A program made the translations under genes and the position numbers. From Candidatus Binatota bacterium (lineage in GTDB: Bacteria; Desulfobacterota; Binatia; UBA1149; CAITLU01), in assembly GCA_024276575.1 (NCBI GenBank), contig JAJRWY010000065.1, positions 15 through 64,014 on the forward strand: a stretch of DNA of 64,000 nucleotides. The letters run 5' to 3'. Position 1 is the first letter of the stretch. Each line of letters opens with the position of its first letter. This document shows, piece after piece, positions 37,839-48,693 of the stretch. The notes below the pieces were generated by a model. It was not told the DNA's origin and searched no databases. It saw nothing but the letters and a program-made list of their open reading frames with translations.

Positions 37839-39497
37839 CTATTTGGCGCTCTTGAGCCGGCGCTTGGGAGTCGCACCAGCCTTGGCCTTGCCCGGCGTGG
37901 CCTTGGAGCGCTTGGCAGCTTCTTCGTCCTTGTGGAGCTTGTAGACCACACTGTCGACAAGGGCCTGCCAGCTCGCCTCGATGACGTTGTGGGAAACGCC
38001 CACGGTTCCCCAACGGCTCTTGCCGTCTCCCGATTCGATCAGCACGCGGACGATGCTTCCGGTACCGCGGGTGCCGTCGAGAACACGAACCTTGTAGTCG
38101 TGCAGCTGTATCTCCTCGATGGAGGGGAAGAACTTGACCAGCGCCTTGCGCATGGCCGCATCGAGGGCGTCCACCGGACCATTGCCGCTCCCGGCCGTGT
38201 GCTCGATGCTGCCGTCCGGGCCTTCGATCATTACGGTGGCTTCCGAGAGCGAATGTGTGTCCTCGTCGATCTTTTCGTCGATCACCCGGAAGCCGCGCAA
38301 GCGGAAGAACTTCTTCTTTCGGTGGAAGCTCTTGCGCATGAGCAGTTCGAAAGACGCTTCGGCTCCCTCGAACTGGAATCCGATATTTTCGAGTTCCTTG
38401 AGTTCGGAAAGCAAGGAGCTGAGTTCGTCCGCCCGGCCTTCGACTTGAAGCCCGTATTGCTGGGCTTTGTACAAAACGTTGCTGCGGCCCGACAGGTCGG
38501 AGACCAGCACCCGTTGCTCATTACCGACCAGCGCCGGGTCGATGTGTTCGTAGGTTTCGCGGTTCTTACGGATAGCCGAGACGTGAAGCCCGCCTTTGTG
38601 GGCGAAGGCCGAACGGCCTACGAAAGCCTGGCGGCGGTCGATCTCGACATTGGCCAGTTCGGCGCACAGGCGCGCTACCTCGCTCAGTTTCGCCAACTGT
38701 GCGGGACTTACGCAACGGCGGCCCATCTTGAGCTGCAGGTTGGGAATCACCGTGCAGAGGTTGGCGTTGCCACAGCGCTCGCCGAAGCCGTTTATGGTGC
38801 CCTGAACCTGCACTGCGCCGCATTCTACTGCTCGTAGAGAATTGGCGACCGCGAGCCCCGAGTCGTTGTGGCAGTGGATGCCCAGCGGCGCGCCGGCTGC
38901 CGCCGCGGCCTTTACGCCCGCCTCGATGCCGCCGGGCAACATGCCCCCGCGGGTGTCGCAGAGGCACAACAAGTCCGCGCCGGCCTCGCTGGCCGCACGC
39001 AGGCATTGCAAGGCATAGTCCGGATTGGCCTGGAACCCGTCAAAGAAATGTTCGGCGTCGAGAATCACGGTGTCCACCCGCTTTTTCAGGTAGGCAACGG
39101 ATTTGGAGATCAGTTCAAGATTCTCCTCTAGTGCGATACGCAGATCCTCGTGTACCTGCATGTCCCAACTCTTGGCCACGATGGTGACCACCGGGGTTTC
39201 GGCTTTCAACAAAGCCTTCAAGTTGGGGTCCGCAGACGGGCGGTTCCCGGGCCGCGCAGTGGCACCGAAAGCCGCGATGCGAGAATGAGAAAGCTTTACT
39301 TTCTTGATCTCGTCGAAGAATCCGGCATCACGCGGATTCGAGCCCGGCCAGCCTCCTTCGATTACGTCGATGCCGAGTTGGTCGAGCTTGCGCGCGACCA
39401 GAACTTTATCGCTGACGGTATAAGTGACCCCCTCGCCTTGAGTTCCGTCCCTCAAGGTCGTGTCGTAGATTTCCACTGAAGCTTGCTTGCTGTTCAC
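37839..39497 (-). CDS. cimA: (R)-citramalate synthase / 2-isopropylmalate-synthase family
   Basis: YDTTLRDGTQGEG, IHCHNDSGLAVANSL and a C-terminal LeuA-dimer regulatory domain. Length 552 aa. GTG start. Confidence 0.8.
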   Translation of the reverse strand: MNSKQASVEIYDTTLRDGTQGEGVTYTVSDKVLVARKLDQLGIDVIEGGWPGSNPRDAGFFDEIKKVKLSHSRIAAFGATARPGNRPSADPNLKALLKAETPVVTIVAKSWDMQVHEDLRIALEENLELISKSVAYLKKRVDTVILDAEHFFDGFQANPDYALQCLRAASEAGADLLCLCDTRGGMLPGGIEAGVKAAAAAGAPLGIHCHNDSGLAVANSLRAVECGAVQVQGTINGFGERCGNANLCTVIPNLQLKMGRRCVSPAQLAKLSEVARLCAELANVEIDRRQAFVGRSAFAHKGGLHVSAIRKNRETYEHIDPALVGNEQRVLVSDLSGRSNVLYKAQQYGLQVEGRADELSSLLSELKELENIGFQFEGAEASFELLMRKSFHRKKKFFRLRGFRVIDEKIDEDTHSLSEATVMIEGPDGSIEHTAGSGNGPVDALDAAMRKALVKFFPSIEEIQLHDYKVRVLDGTRGTGSIVRVLIESGDGKSRWGTVGVSHNVIEASWQALVDSVVYKLHKDEEAAKRSKATPGKAKAGATPKRRLKSAK

Positions 39498-39512
39498 TTG
39501 CTTTCCTCCGGG

Positions 39513-40766
39513 TCAGCGCCCGGTATTCGCGATCGATCCGTCCTGTTCCCCGCCGATGAACTCTCGATGCAGTACCTTGACCGCACGGTCCACCTCCGAT
39601 GCGTCGATTACCACCGAGATCTTGATCTCGGAGGTGGTAATCATCTGTATGTTGATTTGCTCCCCGGCCAGTATTTCGAACATCCGCACGGCAACACCGG
39701 CGTGGTTGCGCATCCCGAGGCCCACCACGGAGACTTTTCCAACGTCGGGGCTTGCCGAGAATCCGCTCGCACCGATGTCGTCGAGCATGCCTTTGACGAT
39801 TTCTTCGGTAGCCGCAAGATCCTTCTTCGGCACCGTGAAAGTAAGGTCGGTGCGGCCCTCCTCGCTTACGTTTTGCACGATGACATCGATCACTATCCCC
39901 GCATTGGCGACCGGGCCCAAGGTGGAGGCGGCCAGGCCCGGCGTGTCGGGTACGCCGAACACGGTTACCTTCGCTTCGTCGCGTTCAAAAGCGACGCCCG
40001 AAACCAAGATCTCTTCCATGTCTTCTTCCTCCGCAATAACCCAGGTGCCCTCAGCTTCATCGAAACTCGAGCGCACGTGGACCTTGACTCCGTAACGGCT
40101 GGCGAACTCCACCGAGCGAATCTGCAAGACCTTGGCTCCGAGGCTGGCCAGTTCGAGCATCTCCCCGTAGGAGATTCGATCCAGCTTTACGGCGTCGTCG
40201 CACACGCGCGGATCGGTGGTAAACACCCCGCGGACGTCAGTGAGAATCTCGCAGGAATCTGCCTTCAGCGCGGCAGCCAGCGCGACCGCGGTCGTGTCCG
40301 AGCCGCCGCGTCCCAGCGTGGTAATATTTTGCCCGGCGTCCACTCCTTGAAAGCCCGCAGCGACTACGACCTGCCGCTGCGTGAAAGCCTCTTCTATGCG
40401 CGAAACGTCGATGGACTTGATGCGCGCCCGTCCATAGGAGGCGTCGGTCGAGATTTTCAACTGATGGCCGAGCAGCGAGATCGCCGGCACTTCCAACTCG
40501 GCCAAGGCCATGGCCAGCAGCGCCGCCGAGGCTTGCTCTCCGGTGGCAAGCAAGGAGTCCAGCTCGCGAGCTGCGGGTTGTGCGGAGATCTCAGCGGCTT
40601 GGGCGAGCAGGCGATTGGTGACGCCGGACATCGCCGAAACCACTACCACCAACTCGTGGCCTTCCTCATAGAGCTTCCTGACGCGCCCGGCAACACCGCG
40701 GATGAGTTCCGTGGAGCCTACCGAAGTTCCGCCGTATTTTTGTACGATACGCATCGCCGCCATCAC
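39513..40766 (-). CDS. lysC: aspartate kinase
   Basis: IVQKYGGTSVG, GGSDTTA and two C-terminal ACT domains. Start candidates are 40766 (GTG), 40763 (ATG) and 40754 (ATG). Confidence 0.95.
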   Translation of the reverse strand: MMAAMRIVQKYGGTSVGSTELIRGVAGRVRKLYEEGHELVVVVSAMSGVTNRLLAQAAEISAQPAARELDSLLATGEQASAALLAMALAELEVPAISLLGHQLKISTDASYGRARIKSIDVSRIEEAFTQRQVVVAAGFQGVDAGQNITTLGRGGSDTTAVALAAALKADSCEILTDVRGVFTTDPRVCDDAVKLDRISYGEMLELASLGAKVLQIRSVEFASRYGVKVHVRSSFDEAEGTWVIAEEEDMEEILVSGVAFERDEAKVTVFGVPDTPGLAASTLGPVANAGIVIDVIVQNVSEEGRTDLTFTVPKKDLAATEEIVKGMLDDIGASGFSASPDVGKVSVVGLGMRNHAGVAVRMFEILAGEQINIQMITTSEIKISVVIDASEVDRAVKVLHREFIGGEQDGSIANTGR

Positions 40767-40871
40767 CCATGAAGCGCCCGTGCCTCGCCCTCGAGGGTGT
40801 CGATGCCGCGCGCTTCGTCAACCGGCAACAGGGCTGGACGCCCTGCCCCAGGCGTTCAGCTTTATTGCCGC

Positions 40872-41366
40872 TCAAGCGCTTGCCGATTCGAACGCGGCCG
40901 AGGCCGCGGCGCAATCGGGTCCGCTAAACGAAAGTGTAATCCACCTATCGTTTAACTTTTCGACCGCAAACTCAACGCGCACCAAGCTTCGAGGCGTGTC
41001 ACCCGTGAAAGCATCCCACCATTCCACCACGCTCAGCGCCTGCGAATCCAAGGCCGCGTACAATCCGATGCTCTCGAATGCTTCTACGCGCGCGTTTTCG
41101 CTGAGACCGGCTAGGCGATAGAGGTCGGCATGCACCAGCAGCGGATGGGCTTCGGGGTATTCGACCAGGTAGACGAAGGACGGGCTCGTGACTTGTTCCG
41201 GAGCCACGCCCAAGGCGGCGGCGATCCCTCGGGTGAAACAGGTCTTGCCGCAACCGAGAGGGCCGCACAGCCCCACCACGCTAAACGGCGCTGTCGAAGC
41301 CAGCGCCGCGCCCAGGCGGCGTCCTAGCTCTTCGGTAAACTCAGACGAGGACGAAAACAGTTTCAA
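40872..41366 (-). CDS. tsaE: tRNA t6A biosynthesis ATPase TsaE
   Basis: GPLGCGKTCFTRG, SPSFVYLVEY and HADLYRL. Start is TTG 41366, forming a TTGA overlap with the nnr stop. The track start 41663 lies inside nnr. Confidence 0.85.
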   Translation of the reverse strand: MKLFSSSSEFTEELGRRLGAALASTAPFSVVGLCGPLGCGKTCFTRGIAAALGVAPEQVTSPSFVYLVEYPEAHPLLVHADLYRLAGLSENARVEAFESIGLYAALDSQALSVVEWWDAFTGDTPRSLVRVEFAVEKLNDRWITLSFSGPDCAAASAAFESASA

Positions 41367-43009
41367 CGGCCTGAATGCATTGCGGCCAGCGCGCGTGGTA
41401 GTGAGTCGGCGACTTCCGAAGCCAGGAATCCGGGGGCGCGCAGTTGGCGGTAGCGGAAGTCTCCCGCCGCTCCGTGCCAGAATACCGCCAGGGCGGCTGC
41501 GCTGAAAGGATCCTTGTTTCGTTGTGCCAGACAAGCGCCGGCCACGCCGCTGAGCACGTCTCCCATGCCGGCCGCCGCCATGCCGGGATTGCCGCTGCAG
41601 TTGTAGGCCGTGCGCGACCCGTCGTGAACGATGCTGCCCGCGCCTTTGAGCACCACCACGCAATCGAGCCGGCGGGCCAGCTCTTGGGTGCAGCCGAGGC
41701 GGTCCGCTTGGACCTGCGCTGTGGTCATAGCGCAGAGCCGGGCCATTTCTCCGGGGTGCGGGGTAAGCAGCAATGCGGCGGCACCGCGCTGTTTCCTGGC
41801 CGAGCAGTAGCCGGCAAACGACATCCCGCCGGTCTCACCAAAGCTTGCGGCGATGTTCAAAGCGTCGGCGTCGGCGACGATCGGGCCGTCGAAATTCTCG
41901 AGCAGGCTACCGAAAAATTGCTTTGCGCCGTTGCCGGTCCCCATTCCCGGGCCGGTGACCACGGCCGAGAAATCTCCCGTGAGTGGCTGTAGCCGCTGCC
42001 ATGCGCGAGGTGCGAAGCATCCATCGCTACCTTCGGGGAGGCCAATCGTCATGGCCTCGTACAGGGCCGTATCTACCGCCGCCGCCAAGCCGTCCGGAAC
42101 GGCCATGCTGGCCAATCCTGCGCCGGCGCGCAGGGCGGCCCGGGCGGCCAGCAACACGGCGCCCGATTTTCCCGGCGAGCCACCCACGACAAGCACATGG
42201 CCACGGCGTCCTTTGTGCTCCATGGGGTCCCGCGCCTCGACCAGGGGCGCAACGCTGCTCAGATCCAGAACCGCGCCGGAACTTTGCAGGCCCGCCTCGG
42301 CGAGTTCGAGCAACCCTATATCGGCAACCGTGACGCGGCCGCTGTAGGACGGACCGTCGGCAAGGAACAAGCCCGGCTTGGCGGCTCCGAGCGTTATGGT
42401 GGCGTCCGCGCGAATACAGGCTCCCAGTGCCACGCCGCGGTCGGCGCACAGCCCCGAAGCAATGTCGGCGGCGACCACGCCGGTATCGGCGCGATTCACG
42501 GCTTGCACGAGAGCTGCTGCGCGGCCTTCGAGCGGCCGGTCGAGACCGGTTCCGAACAGGCAATCCAAAACGATAGCGTAGCCGCCGGAGTTTCGCGGTG
42601 ACAGCGCGTCGAGTGCCTGGGCGTAATCGAATACGGTGCCGCCGCCCTCCCGCCACTTTTCAAAATTGACCGCAGCATCTCCGCCCGCCCGCGGTTCGCG
42701 CGCACACAGCGCGGCTTCCACATGCCAGCCCTTCTGCGCCAGATGGCGGGCCGCTACCCAGCCGTCACCACCGTTGTTACCGCTACCGCACAGGATCAAG
42801 ACGCGTTTGGCGCGCCCGCGCAGTGTCAGCAAGCGCTGGCAGGGGCCAAGACTGTGATAGTCGTCGAGGCCCACGGCTATCAGACGCCCGGCTCTCTCCA
42901 TCAGTTCGATAGAGGCAGTGCCGGCCTCGATCGTCTTGCGGTCCAGCTCGCGTACCGCCGAACGGCCAAGCACGTTCGAAGAGGCTCTCAGATTGGGGAA
43001 ATCAGGCAT
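41363..43009 (-). CDS. nnr: bifunctional NAD(P)H-hydrate repair enzyme (epimerase/dehydratase)
   Basis: YjeF-N domain (CGSGNNGGDG) plus the carbohydrate-kinase-like dehydratase domain (GGSPGKSGA, GMGDVLSG). Confidence 0.9.
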   Translation of the reverse strand: MPDFPNLRASSNVLGRSAVRELDRKTIEAGTASIELMERAGRLIAVGLDDYHSLGPCQRLLTLRGRAKRVLILCGSGNNGGDGWVAARHLAQKGWHVEAALCAREPRAGGDAAVNFEKWREGGGTVFDYAQALDALSPRNSGGYAIVLDCLFGTGLDRPLEGRAAALVQAVNRADTGVVAADIASGLCADRGVALGACIRADATITLGAAKPGLFLADGPSYSGRVTVADIGLLELAEAGLQSSGAVLDLSSVAPLVEARDPMEHKGRRGHVLVVGGSPGKSGAVLLAARAALRAGAGLASMAVPDGLAAAVDTALYEAMTIGLPEGSDGCFAPRAWQRLQPLTGDFSAVVTGPGMGTGNGAKQFFGSLLENFDGPIVADADALNIAASFGETGGMSFAGYCSARKQRGAAALLLTPHPGEMARLCAMTTAQVQADRLGCTQELARRLDCVVVLKGAGSIVHDGSRTAYNCSGNPGMAAAGMGDVLSGVAGACLAQRNKDPFSAAALAVFWHGAAGDFRYRQLRAPGFLASEVADSLPRALAAMHSGR

Positions 43010-43104
43010 TGGCTCGATTCTTCGGGCTTCGGCGGGTGCGGTGCGCCGTGAATGTCCAGAATATCCATGAAAGCTGGCTGCGGAGTCCTCACGAAGCGTA
43101 GAGG

Positions 43105-43851
43105 TTAGCCGTCCGCTGCGCTCTTACGCGCCGCCAGACAAGTCTCGTTCATCTCACGTACGGCTTGCTCGATTCCGACCATGATTGCACGTGAGACGAT
43201 GCTATGGCCGATGTTGAGTTCCTCGATCTCCGCGATGGCCGCCACCGGCGCCACATTGGCCAAGGTCAGCCCGTGCCCGCCGTTTACGATCAAGCCCAGG
43301 CCGGCGGCGTCGCCCGCGCCCTTTCTTAGCTCATCGAGGCGGGCACGCACTTGCGCGGCACCGGAGGCCTCGGCGTAAGAGCCGGTGTGCAACTCCACGA
43401 CTTCCGCAGCCACCGCGGCGGCTGCCTCGATTTCCGCAGGGTCAGGGTCGATGAAGAGGCTGACCCTGATGCCGGCTTCACGTAACCGTGAGACGGCTGC
43501 GCCGATGAAATCCTCGCGGCCGGCCACCGAGAGCCCGCCTTCAGTGGTAAGCTCTTGGCGTTTTTCGGGCACCAAGCAAACATCGGCCGGGCGAAGCTTG
43601 CAGGCGAACTCTACGATCTCGCCGTCTGCCGCCATCTCGAGATTGAGCTTGGTGGCGATGCCGTTCTTTATGGCGATGACGTCGCTATCTTGAATATGGC
43701 GCCGGTCCTCACGCAGATGCACGGTGATACCCCGGGCGCCACCGCGTTCAGCCGCGAGGGCGGCTTCTAGAGGGTCGGGATAATCGCAGCCGCGCGCTTG
43801 CCGCAAGGTTGCGACATGGTCCACGTTTACACCAAGGCGAAACTCAGCCAC
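43105..43851 (-). CDS. pdxJ: pyridoxine 5'-phosphate synthase
   Basis: [25 protein letters not shown] and ELHTG. GTG start. Confidence 0.95.
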   Translation of the reverse strand: MAEFRLGVNVDHVATLRQARGCDYPDPLEAALAAERGGARGITVHLREDRRHIQDSDVIAIKNGIATKLNLEMAADGEIVEFACKLRPADVCLVPEKRQELTTEGGLSVAGREDFIGAAVSRLREAGIRVSLFIDPDPAEIEAAAAVAAEVVELHTGSYAEASGAAQVRARLDELRKGAGDAAGLGLIVNGGHGLTLANVAPVAAIAEIEELNIGHSIVSRAIMVGIEQAVREMNETCLAARKSAADG

Positions 43852-43923
43852 GGGCCGGCCCTCTCGTCACAGTGCGTATCGTTTTCAGCGGATTCGTACT
43901 CTTCACGGCGTTCTTCGCGGCGG

Positions 43924-45291
43924 TCAGCCCAAAGCTTTGTGGATCGCATCGGCGATGTGGCGGGCGTGGTTCTCGACGTCCTCCGGCCCCTCGCCTTCGA
44001 CCATCACCCGGGCCAGCGCTTCGGTGCCGGAGTAGCGCACCAGCACCCGGCCACGCTCTCCCAACTCGGCTTCAGCCTTCGATATCGCCGAGGCGACGCT
44101 CGCTATCTCGCCCAGGCTTCGTTTCTCCCTGACCGGCATGTTTATCAGGGTCTGCGGATAGGTGGTGAATACGCGAGCCAGTTGGGACAAGCCTTTGCCG
44201 GAAACCTTCATGATGCTCAGCACCGAGAGCGCAGTCAGCATGCCGTCGCCGGTGGTCGAATGCTGCAGGCACACGACATGGCCGGATTGTTCACCGCCGA
44301 GAACGAAGCCGCCTTTGCGCATGCGTTCTACCACATAGCGGTCGCCGACCGGCGCGCGCAACAGGGTAATGCCGGCTTCGCGCATGGCGACTTCGAAACC
44401 GAGATTCGACATCACCGTAGCCACCACCGTGGAATGGGCCAGCTCTCCTTTTTCTTGCAAAGCCAAGGCGAGAATCGCGAGGATGCGGTCGCCATCCACC
44501 TCCTGTCCACGCTCGTCGACCATGAGTACGCGGTCGGCGTCGCCGTCCAAGGCGATGCCGGCGCAAGCGCTCTCGGCCAGCACATGCTCTCGCAGTTTCG
44601 CAAGGTGCAGGGCACCCACCCCTTCGTTGATGTTGGTACCGTCGGGCCGGTCCCCGATCGCGAGCACCTCGGCGCCGAGTTCCGCAAATACCGCCGGGGC
44701 AATGCGATGCGCGGCGCCGTGGGCGCAGTCGACCACTATCTTGAAACCCGAGAAATCGATTTCGTCTGGCACCACGTTCTTCAGGAAAGCGCTATAGCGC
44801 CCGCCCGCGTCGTCAATACGAAAAGCTTTGCCGATACTCTCGGCCGCGGCTTGCAGACCGTCAAGCTCATTGCCGAACATCAGTTCTTCAATCTGGGCTT
44901 CCGCGGAGTCGGGTAGTTTGAATCCGTCGGGGCCGAAGAACTTGATGCCGTTGTCCTGGAAAGGATTGTGGGAGGCGGAGATGGCCACGCCGGCATCGGC
45001 GCGAAGGCTGCGGGTCAGAAATGCGATGCCCGGAGTAGGCATGGGTCCCACCAGCAACACGTCCACTCCCATCGAGCATAGCCCCGAGGCCAGAGCCGTT
45101 TCGAACATGTAGCCCGACAGCCGAGTGTCTTTGCCGATCACGACTTTGTGGCGCCGGTCGCCGGTAGTCTGGAAATACGTCCCCGCTGCACGGCCAAGCC
45201 GTAGAACCGTTTCGGGGGTCATCGGTTCCTGGTTGGCGACTCCGCGTATGCCGTCGGTGCCGAAGAGCTTCCGCAACTGTTTCACGATCAA
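43924..45291 (-). CDS. glmM: phosphoglucosamine mutase
   Basis: FGTDGIRG, phosphoserine loop GVAISASHNPFQDNGIKFF and DGDADR. Start is TTG 45291 or GTG 45285. Confidence 0.95.
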   Translation of the reverse strand: MIVKQLRKLFGTDGIRGVANQEPMTPETVLRLGRAAGTYFQTTGDRRHKVVIGKDTRLSGYMFETALASGLCSMGVDVLLVGPMPTPGIAFLTRSLRADAGVAISASHNPFQDNGIKFFGPDGFKLPDSAEAQIEELMFGNELDGLQAAAESIGKAFRIDDAGGRYSAFLKNVVPDEIDFSGFKIVVDCAHGAAHRIAPAVFAELGAEVLAIGDRPDGTNINEGVGALHLAKLREHVLAESACAGIALDGDADRVLMVDERGQEVDGDRILAILALALQEKGELAHSTVVATVMSNLGFEVAMREAGITLLRAPVGDRYVVERMRKGGFVLGGEQSGHVVCLQHSTTGDGMLTALSVLSIMKVSGKGLSQLARVFTTYPQTLINMPVREKRSLGEIASVASAISKAEAELGERGRVLVRYSGTEALARVMVEGEGPEDVENHARHIADAIHKALG

Positions 45292-45297
45292 TATGGA

Positions 45298-47106
45298 TCA
45301 GACGCCGCTCGGCATGGTGACGCCGACCTTCTCCATGATCTCGTCGATTTCCTTGCCGTTGAGAACCTCGCGCTCGAGCAAAGCGGCGGCCATCGAGTGC
45401 AGTACCTCGATGTTGGTTTTTAGTATAGCCTTCGCCCGCTCGTAAGCTTCGCAGACCAGACGCCTTACCTCCTGGTCTATCGACAAAGCAGTATCTTCCG
45501 AATAAGGCCGTTGCTGCCCCAGTTCCATGCCGAGGAAGGGTTCGTTCTCGGGTTTGGTCAGCATCACCGGCCCCATAGCCTCGCTCATGCCCCACTCGCA
45601 GATCATTCGCTTGGCAAGGTCGGTGGCGCGTTCGATGTCGTTGCCGGCGCCGGTGGTGATGTCGTCGAGCACCAGTTCCTCGGCTACGCGGCCACCGTAG
45701 AGAATGGCCAAGTTGTTCAGCAGCCACTGCTTGCCGTAGGAGTGTCGATCCTCCAGCGGTATCTGTTGGGTGAGCCCTAAGGCCGCGCCGCGCGGAATGA
45801 TGGTCACCTTATGCACCGGGTCGGTTCCCGGCAGCATCTTGGCGACCAGCGCATGTCCGGATTCATGATAGGCCGTGTTGCGCCGTTCTTCTTCACTTAG
45901 AATCAAGCTCTTGCGCTCGGCGCCCATCAATACCTTGTCTTTGGCCACTTCGAAATTTTCTTGGCAAACCGTATCGCGTTCTTCCCGCGCCGCTTGCAAA
46001 GCGGCTTCGTTGACCAGGTTCTCGAGGTCGGCGCCGCAAAAACCCGGCGTGGCCCGCGCCAGCGAGTTCAGGTCGACATCGCCTTCGAGCGGCACCTTGC
46101 GGGTGTGGACTTTCAGGATGCCTTCGCGCCCGCGAACGTCGGGAGACGGTACCACGATGCGGCGGTCGAAACGGCCGGGGCGCAGCAACGCCGGGTCCAG
46201 CACATCGGGACGGTTGGTAGCCGCCACTATGATCACGCCTTCGTTGGATTCGAAGCCGTCCATTTCTACCAGCAACTGGTTCAGGGTCTGCTCGCGCTCG
46301 TCGTGTCCGCCGCCGAGCCCGGCGCCGCGATGGCGCCCGACCGCATCGATCTCGTCGATAAAGATGATGCAGGGCGCGTTCTTCTTGCCCTGTATGAACA
46401 GATCCCGTACCCGTGACGCGCCGACGCCGACGAACATCTCCACGAAATCCGACCCGGATATCGAGAAGAACGGTACACCGGCTTCTCCCGCCACCGCCCG
46501 CGCCAGCAGGGTCTTGCCGGTGCCGGGCGAGCCTACCAGTAGCACGCCTTTGGGTATGCGCCCTCCCAAGCGCGTGAACTTCTTGGGATCTCTCAGGAAA
46601 GCGATGATTTCTTCAAGCTCGTCTTTAGCTTCGTCGATGCCCGCGACATCGGTGAAGGTCACCTTGTTCTGGTTCTCGCTGAGCAGCTTGGCTTTGCTCT
46701 TGCCGAACGACATGGCCTTGCCGCCGCTCATCTGCATCTGGCGCATGAAGAAGATCCACACACCTACTAGCAGTAGCATCGGGAACCACTGCACCAGCAT
46801 GATCACATACCAGGGGTCGTCGGCTTCGGGTTTTACCTCGAAGGGGACCTCCGTCTCGAGAACACGATCGATAGCGTCTTCTTGCGGACCGTAGGTTCTA
46901 AACGAGCGCGTGCCGTCCATGGTGCCGGTGATGATGTTGCCTTGCACTGTGACACGATCGATCTTTCCGGCTTTCAGATCGTCGACGAACTGGCTGTAGG
47001 TGACTTCTTCGTCGCGTACCTGCTGAGCCTGGAACATGTTGAAGACGAGCAGGACCATAAGGCCGAGCACGAGCCACAGGGCTAGGTTTCTAGAAATTTG
47101 GTTCAT
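45298..47106 (-). CDS. ftsH: ATP-dependent zinc metalloprotease FtsH
   Basis: N-terminal TM, Walker [22 protein letters not shown] region and zinc motif HESGHAL. ATG start. Confidence 0.97.
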   Translation of the reverse strand: MNQISRNLALWLVLGLMVLLVFNMFQAQQVRDEEVTYSQFVDDLKAGKIDRVTVQGNIITGTMDGTRSFRTYGPQEDAIDRVLETEVPFEVKPEADDPWYVIMLVQWFPMLLLVGVWIFFMRQMQMSGGKAMSFGKSKAKLLSENQNKVTFTDVAGIDEAKDELEEIIAFLRDPKKFTRLGGRIPKGVLLVGSPGTGKTLLARAVAGEAGVPFFSISGSDFVEMFVGVGASRVRDLFIQGKKNAPCIIFIDEIDAVGRHRGAGLGGGHDEREQTLNQLLVEMDGFESNEGVIIVAATNRPDVLDPALLRPGRFDRRIVVPSPDVRGREGILKVHTRKVPLEGDVDLNSLARATPGFCGADLENLVNEAALQAAREERDTVCQENFEVAKDKVLMGAERKSLILSEEERRNTAYHESGHALVAKMLPGTDPVHKVTIIPRGAALGLTQQIPLEDRHSYGKQWLLNNLAILYGGRVAEELVLDDITTGAGNDIERATDLAKRMICEWGMSEAMGPVMLTKPENEPFLGMELGQQRPYSEDTALSIDQEVRRLVCEAYERAKAILKTNIEVLHSMAAALLEREVLNGKEIDEIMEKVGVTMPSGV

Positions 47107-47223
47107 TCGCTGGCAGTAACTCCGAAAGGGCGCGATCCAGGCCTAAACTGGGTGCGCAAGCGCCTGTTTTAACAAGGAAAATCTTTGAGAGAAGGGTAAC
47201 ACGGGCATCCCCCACCGGCAAGG

Positions 47224-48666
47224 TCAGGGCGAGCGCTCCCAGTAGAGCCTGACGCGGAAGGCAGCGTCAGCGCCGCCATGAGCGTCAAGATGCGGCTCCA
47301 CAGCTTGTATAAGGCCCGGTATCCACAACACTTCGTCTTTACAAACTAGGACCGGCCAGGCCGGACGCAAGGCCTTGGGTATACGGGATTCGCCGAAAAT
47401 GTCACTTAACTTGCGCCGGCCGCCGACGGGGCCCGGCAAGCTGACATGGTCACCACTACGCGCAGGCCGCAGATGCCAGCGTGTCGCGCTGCCAGCATAG
47501 ACCAAGTCTATCTCCTGTTTGTGCGGCGATACCGCACGCTTAGGAGGCCCCGACGGGTCCGGCTCCACGCGTATGCTCCAGCGTCCGATGCTGTGCTGAA
47601 ACAGGCCCGGCCGGCCGGGGTCGATCTCAAAACAAAACGCGGTCGCCCCTTCCGGGTCGGGTCCGGGGGCCGCCTCCGCTTCCGCCTCGAGCTTGAGCAC
47701 GGCGTACTGCCGGCAAAGACCTATACCCTGCAGTTGAATCTCTGCCGACCCGCGGCGATCCGTGATAAAGGCCCGCAGCGCTTCGAGGCTACGGATCTCA
47801 ACCGGAGCGGGCATTCCGGCTTGCAGCAACCAATGGCGAAGCACCCGCGCCTGCAGTCCGTGCGGGACGCTATCGAAGGCCGCGAGGTCGAGTTCCGGGC
47901 CGGCGCTCGAGTGGCGCGAAACGAAAGCCGTGTGGCGCCGGGCTTCGCTTTCCAGGAACTGTTCTTCGGCTTCCCAATACGAAGCTGCGGCCGGCAGGCG
48001 GTCGAGTACTCCGGACCCTAGTGTCTCCTCGATGACCGGAATCAGAGTGTTGCGTATGCGGTTTCGAGTATAGCGCGGCGAGGCGTTACTGCGGTCTTCT
48101 ATCCACGGAATCCCGCGTGCCCGCAGGAAACTTCGCAATTGCTCGCGTCGTAGCCCGAGAAGCGGCCTTAGGATGTTGTCCCGGCGCGCCGGGATGCCGC
48201 TCAGGCCGCGCCGCCCACTGCCGCGGAAGAAGCGAAAGACAAGAGTCTCTATCTGGTCATCGAAACTGTGGCCGGTCGCGATCCACTTACAATCGTGTGC
48301 GCGTGCCGCCTGCTGCAACAAAGCGTAGCGCTGCTCGCGAAGATGGTTTTCGTCACCGCCCGCCGCGTCACCCATCGCCAGGGAGACGAAAGCAGCACCG
48401 CAACGCCGGGCGCTCTCGGCCACCAGCGCTTCTTCCTGCGCACTCTCACGGCGCAGCCCATGGTCTACATAGGCGGCCGCAAGCTCGACTCCGGCGGGCT
48501 TTGAGCAAGTGGCGAGCAGCTCCAGTAAGGCCATGGAGTCGCCACCGCCCGAAACCGCAGCCAGGATCCTGTCCCCCTCATCCACATGGGTGCAGAGAAA
48601 ACGCGCCACCTTCTGCAACAACTCGAAGTCTCGCCGGTCTACGCCTTTGTGTTGCTCTTGCGACAT
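47224..48666 (-). CDS. tilS: tRNA(Ile)-lysidine synthase
   Basis: PP-loop AAVSGGGDSMALL, then GHSFDDQ. I prefer ATG 48666. The track start 48729 lies inside the first 41-bp repeat unit. Confidence 0.85.
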   Translation of the reverse strand: MSQEQHKGVDRRDFELLQKVARFLCTHVDEGDRILAAVSGGGDSMALLELLATCSKPAGVELAAAYVDHGLRRESAQEEALVAESARRCGAAFVSLAMGDAAGGDENHLREQRYALLQQAARAHDCKWIATGHSFDDQIETLVFRFFRGSGRRGLSGIPARRDNILRPLLGLRREQLRSFLRARGIPWIEDRSNASPRYTRNRIRNTLIPVIEETLGSGVLDRLPAAASYWEAEEQFLESEARRHTAFVSRHSSAGPELDLAAFDSVPHGLQARVLRHWLLQAGMPAPVEIRSLEALRAFITDRRGSAEIQLQGIGLCRQYAVLKLEAEAEAAPGPDPEGATAFCFEIDPGRPGLFQHSIGRWSIRVEPDPSGPPKRAVSPHKQEIDLVYAGSATRWHLRPARSGDHVSLPGPVGGRRKLSDIFGESRIPKALRPAWPVLVCKDEVLWIPGLIQAVEPHLDAHGGADAAFRVRLYWERSP

Positions 48667-48693
48667 CGATTGCGGTTCCTGTCCCAGAGGCCA

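Noticed and set aside
40767-40871. Lysine riboswitch upstream of lysC
   Set aside because: The gap to tsaE is only 105 nt, too short for an L-box, and no conserved L-box helices were seen.
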